From Eledone cirrhosa (Eukaryota): a DNA stretch of 64,000 bases. A program made the position numbers and the translations under genes. This document shows, piece by piece, positions 41,001 to 53,899 of the stretch (within the stretch, counting starts at the first letter, position 1; the number at the start of each line of letters is the position of its first letter). A model generated the notes under the pieces. The model was not told the DNA's origin and ran no database searches. It saw only the letters and a list, made by a program, of their open reading frames with translations. Location: contig OZ024744.1 in the NCBI GenBank assembly GCA_964016885.1, positions 12,462,001 to 12,526,000 of the forward strand, in the 5' to 3' direction.

Positions 41001-41510
41001 AACAGTAGTGTAGGTGGTAGTTGTTGTGACATGACAGTAGTGTAGGTGGTAGTAGTGGTATCATGACAGTAGTGTAGGTGGAAGTAGTGGTGTGATAACA
41101 GTAGTGTCGGTGGTAGTGGTGGTGTCATGAGAGTAGTTTAGGGGTTAGTAGAGGTGACATGACAGTGGTGTAGGTGGTATTAGTTGTATCATGACAGTAG
41201 TGTAGGTGGTAGTAGTGGTGACATGACAGTAGTATAGTTGATAGTAGTGGTATCATGACAGTAGTGTAGGTGGTAGTAGGGTGACATATCAGTAGTGTAG
41301 GTGGTAGTAGTGGTGGCATGACAGTAGTGTAAGTGGTTGTAGTGGTGACATGACAGTAGTGTAGGTGGTAGTAGTGGTGACATAACAGTAGTGTAGGTGG
41401 TAGTAGTGGTGTCATGACAGTAGTTTAGGTGGTAGTAGAGGTGACATGACAGTGGTGTAGGTGGCAGTAGTCGTGTCATGACAATAGTGTAGGTGGTGGT
41501 AGTGGTGACA
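38050..41510. repeat. Block of about 1 kb (38050-39040) repeated at about 40490-41510, main offset 2467
   Basis: ORF pairs 38313/40780, 38658/41125 and 38722/41189 are offset by 2467. Both copies share the rare variant GAGAGTAGTTTAGGGGTTAG. Confidence 0.8.
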
Positions 41511-43944
41511 TGACAGTAGTGCAGGTGGTAGTAGTGATATTATGACAGTAGTGTAGGTGGTAGTAGAGGTGACATAACAGTAGTGTAGGTGGTAGTAGTG
41601 GTGACATCACAGTAGTGTAGGTAGTAGTGGTGGCAAAACAGTAGTGTAAGTGGTTGTAGTGGTGACATGACAGTAGTGTAGGTGGTAGTAGTGGTGACAT
41701 GACAGTAGTGTAGGTGATAGTAGTGGTGACATAACAGTAGTGTAGGTGGTAGTAGTGGTATCATGACAGTAGTGTAGGTGGAAGTAGTGGTTTGATAACA
41801 GTAGTGTAGGTGGTAGTAGTGGTGACATGACACTAGTTTAGGTGGTAGTAGAGGTGACATGACAGTGGTGTAGGTGGTAGTAGTGGTGACATGACAGTAG
41901 TATAGGTGATAGTAGTGGTATCATGACAGTAGTGTAGGTAGTAGTAGTTGTGACATCACAGAAGTGTAGGTAGTAGTGGTGGCAAAACAGTAGTGTAAGT
42001 GGTTGTAGTGGTGACATGACAGTAGTGTAGGTGGTAGTAGTGGTGACATAACAGTAGTGTAGGTGGTAGTATTGGTGACATGACAGTAGTGTAAGTGGTA
42101 GTAGTGGTATCATGACAGTAGTGTAGGTGGAAGTAGTGGTGTGATAACAGTAGTGTAGGTGGTAGTAGTGTTGTCATGACAGTAGTTTAGGTGGTAGTAG
42201 AGGTGACATGACAGTGGTGTAGGTGGTAGTAGTGGTGTCATGACAAGAGTGTAGGTGGTGGTAGTGGTGACATGACAGTAGTGTAGGTGGTAGTAGTGGT
42301 ATCATGACAGTAGTGTAGGTGGTAGTAGTGGTGACATGACCGTAGTGTAGGTGGGAGTAGGGGTGACATGACAGTAGTGTAGGTGATAGTTGGGTGACAT
42401 GACAGTTGTGTAGGTGGTAGTAGCGGTGTCATGACAATAGTGTAGGTGGTAGTAGTGGTGAAATGACAGTAGTATAGGTGGTCGTAGTGGTGACATCGCA
42501 GTAGTGTAGGTAGTAGTGGTGGCAAAACAGTAGTGTAAGTGGTTGTAGTGGTGACATGACAGTAGTGTAGGTGGTAGTAGTGGTGACATGACAGCAGTGT
42601 AGGTGGTAGTAGTGGTGACATGACAGTAGTGTAGTTGGTAGTAGTGGTGACATAACAGTAGTGTAGGTGGTTGTAGTGGTATCATGACAGTAGTGTAGGT
42701 GGAAGTAGTGGTGTGATAACAGTAGTGTAGGTGGTAGTAGTGGTGTCATGACAGTAGTTTAGGTGGTAGTAGAAGTGACCTGACAGTGGTGTAGGTGGTA
42801 GTAGTGGTGTCATGACAATATTGTAGGTGGTGGTAGTGGTGACATGACAGTAGTGTAGGTGGTAGTAGTGGTGACATGACAGTAGGGTAGGTGGTAGTAG
42901 GGTGACATGACAGTAGTGTAGGTGGTAGTAGTGGTGTCAGGACAATAGTGTAGGTGGTAGTAGTGGTGACATGACAGTAGTGTAGGTGGTAGTATTGGTG
43001 ACATGACAGTGGTGTAGGTGGTAGTAGTGGTGACATGACAATAGTGTAGGTGGTAGTAGTGGTGACATGACAGTAGTGTAGGTGGGAGTAGTGGTGACAT
43101 GACAGTAGTGTAGGTGGTAGTAGGGTGACATAACAGTTGTGTAGGTGGTAGTAGTTGTGTCGTGACAATAGTGTAGGTGGTAGTAGTGGTGAAATGACAG
43201 TAGTATAGGTGGTAGTTATTCTGACATGACAGTAGTGTAGGTGGTAGTAGTGGTATCATGACAGTAGTGTAGGTGGAAGTAGTGGTGTGATAACAGTAGT
43301 GTAGGTGGTAGTAGTGGTGACATGACAGTGGTGTAGGTGGTATTAGTTGTATCATGACAGTAGTGTAGGTGGTAGTAGTGGTGACATGACAGTAGTATAG
43401 GTGATAGTAGTGGTGTCATGACAGTAGTGTAGGTGGTAGTATTGGTGTCATGACAGTAGTGTAGGTGGTAGTAGTGGTGACATGACAGTGGTGTAGGTGG
43501 TAATAGTGGTGACATGACAGTAGTGTAGGTGGTAGTAGTGGTGTCATGACTGTAGTGTAGGTGGTAGTAGTGGTGACATAACAGTAGTGTAGGTTGTAGT
43601 AGTGGTGACATGACAGTAGTGTAGGTGGTAGTAGTGGTGACATAACAGTAGTGTAGGTGGTAGTAGTGGTGACATGACAGTGGTGTAGGTGGTAATAGTG
43701 TTGACATGACAGTAGTGTAGGTGGTAGTAGTGTGTCATGACTGTAGTGTAGGTGGTAGTAGTGGTGACATAACAGTAGTGTAGGTTGTAGTAGTGGTGAC
43801 ATGACAGTAGTGTAGGTGGTAGTAGTGGTGACATGACAGTAGTGTAGGTGTTAGTAGTGGTGACATGACAGTAGTGTAGGTGGTAGTACAGGTGTCATCA
43901 CAATAGTGTAGGTGGTAGTAGTGGTGACATGACAGTAGTGTAGC

Positions 43945-46900
43945 TGGTAGTAGTGGTCACATGACAGTAGTGTAGGTGGTAGTAATGGTGTCATGACAGT
44001 AGTGTAGGTGGTAGTAATGGTGTCATGACAGTAGTATAGGTGGTAGTATTGGTGTCATGACAGTAGTGTAGGTGGTAGTAGTGGTGACATGACAGTAGTG
44101 TAGGTGGTAGTAGTGGTGACATGACAGTAGTGTAGGTGGTAGTACTGGTATCATAACAGTAGTGTCGGTGGTAGTAGTGGTGACATGACAGTAGTGTAGG
44201 TGGTAGTAGTCGTATCATAACAGTAGTGTAGGTGGTAGTAGTGGTGTCATGACAGTAGTGTAGGTGGTAGTAGTGGTATCATAACAGTAGTGTAGGTTGT
44301 AGTAGTGGTGACATGACAGTAGTGTATGTGGTAGTAGTGGTATCATAAAAGTAGTGTAGGTGGTAGTAGTTTGTGACATGACGGTAGTGAAGGTGGAAGT
44401 AGTGGTGTGATAACAGTAGTGTAGGTGCGAGTAGTAGTGACATGACAGTAGTGTAGGTGGTAGTAGTGGTGTGATAACAGTAGTGTAGGTGGTAGTAGTG
44501 GTGACAGAATAGTAGTGTAGGTGGTAGGAGGGTGACATGACAGTAGTGTAGGTGGTAGTAGTGGTGTCATGACGATAGTGTCGGTGGTAGTAGTGGTGAC
44601 ATGACAGTAGTGTAGGCGGTAGTAGTGGTGACATGACAGTAGTGTAGGTGGTAGTAGTAGTGTCATGACAGTAGTGTAGGTGGTAGTAGTGGTGTCATGA
44701 CAGTAGTGTAGGTGGTAGTAGTGGTGACATGACAGTAACGTAGGTGGTAGTAGTGGTGTCATGACAGTAGTGTAGGTGGTAGTAGTGGTGTCATGACAAT
44801 AGTGTCGGTGGTAGTAGTGGTGACATGATAGTAGTGTAGGTGGTAGTAGTGGTGACATGACAGTAGTGTAGGTGGTAGTAGTGGTGACATGACAGTAGTG
44901 TAGGTGGTAGTAGTGGTGTCATGACAGTAGTGTAGGTGGTAGTAGTGGTGACATGACAGTAGTGTAGGTGGTAGTAGTGGTGACATGACAGTAGTGTAGG
45001 TGGTAGTAGTGGTGTCATGACAGCAGTGTAGGTGGTAGTAGTGGTGACATGACAGTAGTGTAGGTGGTAGTAGTGTTGACATGACAGTAGTGTAGGTGGT
45101 AGTAGTGGTGACATGAATGTAGTGTAGGTGGTAGTAGTGGTGTCATGACAATAGTGTAGGTGGTAGTAGTGGTGTCATGACAGTAGTGTAGGTAGTAGTA
45201 GTGGTGTCATGACAATAGTGTAGGTGGTAGTAGTGGTGAAATGACAGTAGTATAGGTGGTAGTAGTGGTGACATGACAGTAGTGTAGGTGGGAGTAGTGG
45301 TGACATGAAAGTAGTGTAGGTGGTAGTAGTGGTGACATGATGTAGTGTAGGTGGTAGTAGTGGTGTCATGACAGTAGTGTAGGTGGTAGTAGTGGTGACA
45401 TGACAGTAGTGTAAGTGGTAGTAATAGTGACATGACAGTAGTGTAGGTGGTAGTAGTGGTGACATGACAGTAGTGTAGGTGGTAGTAGTGGTGACATGAC
45501 AGAAGTGTAGGTGGTAGTAGTGGTGATATGACAGTAGTGTAGGTGGTAGTAGGGTGACATGACAGTAGTGTAGGTGGTAGTAGTGGTCACATGACAGTAG
45601 TGTAGGTGGTAGTAATGGTGTCATGACAGTAGTGTAGGTGGTAGTAATGGTGTCATGACAGTAGTATAGGTGGTAGTATTGGTGTCATGACAGTAGTGTA
45701 GGTGGTAGTAGTGGTGACATGACAGTAGTGTAGGTGGTAGTAGTGGTGACATGACAGTAGTGTAGGTGGTAGTACTGGTATCATAACAGTAGTGTCGGTG
45801 GTAGTAGTGGTGACATGACAGTAGTGTAGGTGGTAGTAGTCGTATCATAACAGTAGTGTAGGTGGTAGTAGTGGTGTCATGACAGTAGTGTAGGTGGTAG
45901 TAGTGGTATCATAACAGTAGTGTAGGTTGTAGTAGTGGTGACATGACAGTAGTGTATGTGGTAGTAGTGGTATCATAAAAGTAGTGTAGGTGGTAGTAGT
46001 TTGTGACATGACGGTAGTGAAGGTGGAAGTAGTGGTGTGATAACAGTAGTGTAGGTGCGAGTAGTAGTGACATGACAGTAGTGTAGGTGGTAGTAGTGGT
46101 GTGATAACAGTAGTGTAGGTGGTAGTAGTGGTGACAGAATAGTAGTGTAGGTGGTAGGAGGGTGACATGACAGTAGTGTAGGTGGTAGTAGTGGTGTCAT
46201 GACGATAGTGTCGGTGGTAGTAGTGGTGACATGACAGTAGTGTAGGCGGTAGTAGTGGTGACATGACAGTAGTGTAGGTGGTAGTAGTAGTGTCATGACA
46301 GTAGTGTAGGTGGTAGTAGTGGTGTCATGACAGTAGTGTAGGTGGTAGTAGTGGTGACATGACAGTAGCGTAGGTGGTAGTAGTGGTGTCATGACAGTAG
46401 TGTAGGTGGTAGTAGTGGTGTCATGACAATAGTGTCGGTGGTAGTAGTGGTGACATGATAGTAGTGTAGGTGGTAGTAGTGGTGACATGACAGTAGTGTA
46501 GGTGGTAGTAGTGGTGACATGACAGTAGTGTAGGTGGTAGTAGTGGTGTCATGACAGTAGTGTAGGTGGTAGTAGTGGTGACATGACAGTAGTGTAGGTG
46601 GTAGTAGTGGTGACATGACAGTAGTGTAGGTGGTAGTAGTGGTGTCATGACAGCAGTGTAGGTGGTAGTAGTGGTGACATGACAGTAGTGTAGGTGGTAG
46701 TAGTGTTGACATGACAGTAGTGTAGGTGGTAGTAGTGGTGACATGAATGTAGTGTAGGTGGTAGTAGTGGTGTCATGACAATAGTGTAGGTGGTAGTAGT
46801 GGTGTCATGACAGTAGTGTAGGTAGTAGTAGTGGTGTCATGACAATAGTGTAGGTGGTAGTAGTGGTGAAATGACAGTAGTATAGGTGGTAGTAGTGGTG

Positions 46901-47180
46901 ACATGACAGTAGTGTAGGTGGGAGTAGTGGTGACATGACAGTAGTGTAGGTGGTAGTAGTGGTGACATGATGTAGTGTAGGTGGTAGTAGTGGTGTCATG
47001 ACAGTAGTGTAGGTGGTAGTAGTGGTGACATGACAGTAGTGTAAGTGGTAGTAATAGTGACATGACAGTAGTGTAGGTGGTAGTAGTGGTGACATGACAG
47101 TAGTGTAGGTGGTAGTAGTGGTGACATGACAGAAGTGTAGGTGGTAGTAGTGGTGATATGACAGTAGTGTAGGTGGTAGT
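43945..47180. repeat. Near-perfect tandem duplication, unit 1630 bp
   Basis: GTGGTCAC 43953/45583 and GATATGAC 45525/47155; ORF pairs 43991/45621, 44215/45845 and 44759/46389 are identical. Confidence 0.92.
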
Positions 47181-50100
47181 AGTGCTGTCATGACAGTAGT
47201 GTAGGTGGTAGTAGTGGTGACATGACAGTGGTGTAGGTGGTAGTAGTGGTGACATGTCAATAGTGTAGGTGTTAGTAGTGGTGTCATGACAGTGGCGTAG
47301 GTGGTAATAGTGGTGACATGACAGTAGTGTAGGTGGTAGTAGTGGTGACATGACGATAGTGTAAGTGGTAGTAATGGTGACATGACAGTAGTGTAGGTGG
47401 TAGTAGTGGTGACATGACAGGGGTGTAGGTGGTAATAGTGGTGACATGACAGTAGTGTAGGTGGTAGTAGTGGTGTCATGACAGTAGTGTAGGTGGTAGT
47501 AGTGGTGACATGACGGTAGTGTAAGTGGTAGTAATGGTGACATGACAGTAGTGTAGGTGGTAGTAGTGGTGTCATGACAGTAGTGTAGGTGGTAGTAGTG
47601 GTGTGATAACAGTAGTGTAGGTGGTAGTAGTGGTGTAATGACAATAGTGTAGGTGGTAGTAGTGGTGACATGACAGTAGTGTAGCTGGTAGTAGTGGTGA
47701 CATGACAGTAGTGTAGGTGGTAGTAATGGTGTCATGACAGTAGTGTAGGTGGTAGTATTGGTGTCATGACAGTAGTGTAGGTGGTAGTAGTGGTGACATG
47801 ACAGTGGTGTAGGTGGTAATAGTGGTGACATGACAGTAGTGTAGGTGGTAGTAGTGGTGTCATGACTGTAGTGTAGGTGGTAGTAGTGGTGACATAACAG
47901 TAGTGTAGGTTGTAGTAGTGGTGACATGACAGTAGTGTAGGTGGTAGTAGTGGTGACATAACAGTAGTGTAGGTGGTAGTAGTGGTGACATGACAGTGGT
48001 GTAGGTGGTAATAGTGGTGACATGACAGTAGTGTAGGTGGTAGTAGTGTGTCATGACTGTAGTGTAGGTGGTAGTAGTGGTGACATAACAGTAGTGTAGG
48101 TTGTAGTAGTGGTGACATGACAGTAGTGTAGGTGGTAGTAGTGGTGACATGACAGTAGTGTAGGTGTTAGTAGTGGTGACATGACAGTAGTGTAGGTGGT
48201 AGTACAGGTGTCATCACAATAGTGTAGGTGGTAGTAGTGGTGACATGACAGTAGTGTAGCTGGTAGTAGTGGTCACATGACAGTAGTGTAGGTGGTAGTA
48301 ATGGTGTCATGACAGTAGTGTAGGTGGTAGTAATGGTGTCATGACAGTAGTGTAGGTGGTAGTATTGGTGTCATGACAGTAGTGTAGGTGGTAGTAGTGG
48401 TGACATGACAGTAGTGTAGGTGGTAGTAGTGGTGACATGACAGTAGTGTAGGTGGTAGTACTGGTATCATGACAATAGTGTAGGTGGTAGTAGTGGTGAC
48501 ATAACAGTAGCGTAGGTGGTAGTAGAGGTGTCATGACAGTAGTGTAGGTGGTAGTAGTGGTGACATGACAGTAGTGTAGGTGTTAGTAGTGATTACAAGA
48601 CAGTAGTGTAGGTGGTAGTACTGATGACATGACAGTAGTGTAGGTGGTAGTAGTGGTATCATAACAGTAGTGTCGGTGGTAGTAGTGGTGACATGACAGT
48701 AGTGTAGGTGGTAGTAGTCGTATCATAACAGTAGTGTAGGTGGTAGTAGTGGTGTCATGACAGTAGTGTAGGTGGTAGTAGTGGTATCATAACAGTAGTG
48801 TAGGTTGTAGTAGTGGTGACATGACAGTAGTGTATGTGGTAGTAGTGGTATCATAAAAGTAGTGTAGGTTGTAGTAGTTTGTGACATGACGGTAGTGAAG
48901 GTGGAAGTAGTGGTGTGATAACAGTAGTGTAGGTGCGAGTAGTAGTGACATGACAGTAGTGTAGGTGGTAGTAGTGGTGTGATAACAGTAGTGTAGGTGG
49001 TAGTAGTGGTGACAGAATAGTAGTGTAGGTGGTAGGAGGGTGACATGACAGTAGTGTAGGTGGTAGTAGTGGTGTCATGACGATAGTGTCGGTGGTAGTA
49101 GTGGTGACATGACAGTAGTGTAGGCAGTAGTAGTGGTGACATGACAGTAGTGTAGGTGGTAGTAGTAGTGTCATGACAGTAGTGTAGGTGGTAGTAGTGG
49201 TGACATGACAGTAGTGTACGTGGTAGTAGTGGTGACATGACAGTAGTGTAGGTGGTAGTAGTGGTGTCATGACAGTAGTGTAGGTGGTAGTAGTGGTGAC
49301 ATGACAGTAGTGTAGGTGGTAGTAGTGGTGACATGACAGTAGTGTAGGTGGTAGTAGTGGTGTCATGACAGCAGTGTAGGTGGTAGTAGTGGTGACATGA
49401 CAGTAGTGTAGGTGGTAGTAGTGTTGACATGACAGTAGTGTAGGTGGTAGTAGTGGTGACATGAATGTAGTGTAGGTGGTAGTAGTGGTGTCATGACAAT
49501 AGTGTAGGTGGTAGTAGTGGTGTCATGACAGTAGTGTAGGTAGTAGTAGTGGTGTCATGACAATAGTGTAGGTGGTAGTAGTGGTGAAATGACAGTAGTA
49601 TAGGTGGTAGTAGTGGTGACATGACAGTAGTGTAGGTGGGAGTAGTGGTGACATGACAGTAGTGTAGGTGGTAGTAGTGGTGTCATGACAATAGTGTAGG
49701 TGGTAGTAGTGGTGTCATGACAATAGTGTAGGTGGTAGTAGTGGTGAAATGACAGTAGGATAGGTGGTAGTAGTGGTGACATGACAGTAGTGTAGGTGGG
49801 AGTAGTGGTGACATGACAGTACTGTAGGTGGTAGTAGTAGTGTCATGACAGTAGTGTAGGTGGTAGTAGTGGTGTCATGACAGTAGTGTAGGTGGTAGTA
49901 CTGGTGATATGACAGTAGTGTAGGTGGTAGTAGTGATGACATGACAGTAGTGTAGGGGGTAGTAGTGGTGTCATGACAGTAGTGTAGGTGGTAGTAGTGG
50001 TGTCATGACTGTAGTATAGGTGGTAGTAGTGGTGTCATGACAGTAGTGGTGACATGACAGTAGTGTAGGTGGTAGTAGTGGTGATCTGACAATAGTGTAG

Positions 50101-53100
50101 GTGGTAGTAGTGGTGACATGACAGTACTGTAGGTGGTAGTAGTGGTGACATGACAGTAGTGTAGGTGGTAGTAGTGGTGTCATGACAGTAGTGTATGTGG
50201 TAGTAGTGGTGACATGACAGTAGTGTAGTTGGTAGTAGTGGTGACATGACAGTAGTGTAGGTGGTAGTAGTGGTGACATGACAGTAGTGTAGGTGGTAAT
50301 AGTGGTGACATGACAGTAGTGTAGGTGGTAGTAGTGGTGACATGACTGTAGTGTAGGTGGTAGTAGTGGTGACATAACAGTAGTGTAGGTGGTAGTAGTG
50401 GTGACATGACAGAAGTGTAGGTGGTAGTAGTGGTGATATGACAGTAGTGTAGGTGGTAGTAGGGTGACATGACAGTAGTGTAGGTGGTAGTAGTGGTGTC
50501 ATGACAGTAGTGTAGGGGGTAGTAGTGGTGACATGACAGTAGTGTAGGTGGTAGTAGTGCTGTCGTGACTGTAGTGTAGGTGGTAGTAGTGGTGACATGA
50601 CAGTGGTGTAGGTGGTAGTAGTGGTGACATGTCAATAGTGTAGGTGTTAGTAGTGGTGTCATGACAGTGGCGTAGGTGGTAATAGTGGTGACATGACAGT
50701 AGTGTAGGTGGTAGTAGTGGTGACATGACGATAGTGTAAGTGGTAGTAATGGTGACATGACAGTAGTGTAGGTGGTAGTAGTGGTGACATGACAGGGGTG
50801 TAGGTGGTAATAGTGGTGACATGACAGTAGTGTAGGTGGTAGTAGTGGTGTCATGACAGTAGTGTAGGTGGTAGTAGTGGTGACATGACGGTAGTGTAAG
50901 TGGTAGTAATGGTGACATGACAGTAGTGTAGGTGGTAGTAGTGGTGTCATGACAGTAGTGTAGGTGGTAGTAGTGGTGTGATAACAGTAGTGTAGGTGGT
51001 AGTAGTGGTGTAATGACAATAGTGTAGGTGGTAGTAGTGGTGACATGACAGTAGTGTAGCTGGTAGTAGTGGTGACATGACAGTAGTGTAGGTGGTAGTA
51101 ATGGTGTCATGACAGTAGTGTAGGTGGTAGTATTGGTGTCATGACAGTAGTGTAGGTGGTAGTAGTGGTGACATGACAGTGGTGTAGGTGGTAATAGTGG
51201 TGACATGACAGTAGTGTAGGTGGTAGTAGTGGTGTCATGACTGTAGTGTAGGTGGTAGTAGTGGTGACATAACAGTAGTGTAGGTTGTAGTAGTGGTGAC
51301 ATGACAGTAGTGTAGGTGGTAGTAGTGGTGACATAACAGTAGTGTAGGTGGTAGTAGTGGTGACATGACAGTGGTGTAGGTGGTAATAGTGGTGACATGA
51401 CAGTAGTGTAGGTGGTAGTAGTGTGTCATGACTGTAGTGTAGGTGGTAGTAGTGGTGACATAACAGTACTGTAGGTTGTAGTAGTGGTGACATGACAGTA
51501 GTGTAGGTGGTAGTAGTGGTGACATGACAGTAGTGTAGGTGTTAGTAGTGGTGACATGACAGTAGTGTAGGTGGTAGTACAGGTGTCATCACAATAGTGT
51601 AGGTGGTAGTAGTGGTGACATGACAGTAGTGTAGCTGGTAGTAGTGGTCACATGACAGTAGTGTAGGTGGTAGTAATGGTGTCATGACAGTAGTGTAGGT
51701 GGTAGTAATGGTGTCATGACAGTAGTGTAGGTGGTAGTATTGGTGTCATGACAGTAGTGTAGGTGGTAGTAGTGGTGACATGACAGTAGTGTAGGTGGTA
51801 GTAGTGGTGACATGACAGTAGTGTAGGTGGTAGTACTGGTATCATGACAATAGTGTAGGTGGTAGTAGTGGTGACATAACAGTAGCGTAGGTGGTAGTAG
51901 TGGTGTCATGACAGTAGTGTAGGTGGTAGTAGTGGTGACATGACAGTAGTGTAGGTGTTAGTAGTGATTACAAGACAGTAGTGTAGGTGGTAGTACTGAT
52001 GACATGACAGTAGTGTAGGTGGTAGTAGTGGTATCATAACAGTAGTGTCGGTGGTAGTAGTGGTGACATGACAGTAGTGTAGGTGGTAGTAGTCGTATCA
52101 TAACAGTAGTGTAGGTGGTAGTAGTGGTGTCATGACAGTAGTGTAGGTGGTAGTAGTGGTATCATAACAGTAGTGTAGGTTGTAGTAGTGGTGACATGAC
52201 AGTAGTGTATGTGGTAGTAGTGGTATCATAAAAGTAGTGTAGGTTGTAGTAGTTTGTGACATGACGGTAGTGAAGGTGGAAGTAGTGGTGTGATAACAGT
52301 AGTGTAGGTGCGAGTAGTAGTGACATGACAGTAGTGTAGGTGGTAGTAGTGGTGTGATAACAGTAGTGTAGGTGGTAGTAGTGGTGACAGAATAGTAGTG
52401 TAGGTGGTAGGAGGGTGACATGACAGTAGTGTAGGTGGTAGTAGTGGTGTCATGACGATAGTGTCGGTGGTAGTAGTGGTGACATGACAGTAGTGTAGGC
52501 GGTAGTAGTGGTGACATGACAGTAGTGTAGGTGGTAGTAGTAGTGTCATGACAGTAGTGTAGGTGGTAGTAGTGGTGACATGACAGTAGTGTACGTGGTA
52601 GTAGTGGTGACATGACAGTAGTGTAGGTGGTAGTAGTGGTGTCATGACAGTAGTGTAGGTGGTAGTAGTGGTGACATGACAGTAGTGTAGGTGGTGGTAG
52701 TGGTGACATGACAGTAGTGTAGGTGGTAGTAGTGGTGTCATGACAGCAGTGTAGGTGGTAGTTGTGGTGACATGACAGTAGTGTAGGTGGTAGTAGTGTT
52801 GACATGACAGTAGTGTAGGTGGTAGTAGTGGTGACATGAATGTAGTGTAGGTGGTAGTAGTGGTGTCATGACAATAGTGTAGGTGGTAGTAGTGGTGTCA
52901 TGACAGTAGTGTAGGTAGTAGTAGTGGTGTCATGACAATAGTGTAGGTGGTAGTAGTGGTGAAATGACAGTAGTATAGGTGGTAGTAGTGGTGACATGAC
53001 AGTAGTGTAGGTGGGAGTAGTGGTGACATGACAGTAGTGTAGGTGGTAGTAGTGGTGTCATGACAATAGTGTAGGTGGTAGTAGTGGTGTCATGACAATA

Positions 53101-53770
53101 GTGTAGGTGGTAGTAGTGGTGAAATGACAGTAGGATAGGTGGTAGTAGTGGTGACATGACAGTAGTGTAGGTGGGAGTAGTGGTGACATGACAGTACTGT
53201 AGGTGGTAGTAGTAGTGTCATGACAGTAGTGTAGGTGGTAGTAGTGGTGTCATGACAGTAGTGTAGGTGGTAGTACTGGTGATATGACAGTAGTGTAGGT
53301 GGTAGTAGTGATGACATGACAGTAGTGTAGGGGGTAGTAGTGGTGTCATGACAGTAGTGTAGGTGGTAGTAGTGGTGTCATGACCGTAGTATAGGTGGTA
53401 GTAGTGGTGTCATGACAGTAGTGGTGACATGACAGTAGTGTAGGTGGTAGTAGTGGTGATCTGACAATAGTGTAGGTGGTAGTAGTGGTGACATGACAGT
53501 ACTGTAGGTGGTAGTAGTGGTGACATGACAGTAGTGTAGGTGGTAGTAGTGGTGTCATGACAGTAGTGTATGTGGTAGTAGTGGTGACATGACAGTAGTG
53601 TAGTTGGTAGTAGTGGTGACATGACAGTAGTGTAGGTGGTAGTAGTGGTGACATGACAGTAGTGTAGGTGGTAATAGTGGTGACATGACAGTAGTGTAGG
53701 TGGTAGTAGTGGTGACATGACTGTAGTGTAGGTGGTAGTAGTGGTGACATAACAGTAGTGTAGGTTGTAG
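47170..53770. repeat. Near-perfect tandem duplication, unit 3375 bp
   Basis: AGTGCTGTC 47181/50556, GATTACAAG 48591/51966 and the 17-bp truncated monomer 50041/53416; ORF pairs 47732/51107, 48723/52098 and 49971/53346. Confidence 0.9.
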
Positions 53771-53899
53771 TAGTGGTGACATGACAGTAGTGTAGGTGGT
53801 AGTAGTGGTGACATGACAGTAGTGTAGGTGGTAGTAGTGGTGACATGACAGTGGTGTAGGTGGTAATAGTGCTGACATGACAGTAGTGTAGGTGGTAGT

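Larger units (their letters stand above)
1..43220. repeat. Left sub-domain of the satellite with its own diagnostic variant monomers
   Basis: GATATAAAA occurs 14 times (337 to 40105). A 29-bp monomer followed by GGCAAAAC recurs from 2340 to 42521. GTTTACATG, GACAAGTCAG and frequent 31-bp TAGTAGGGTGAC monomers also occur here. GATATAAAA and GGCAAAAC were not seen after about 42.6 kb. Confidence 0.8.
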
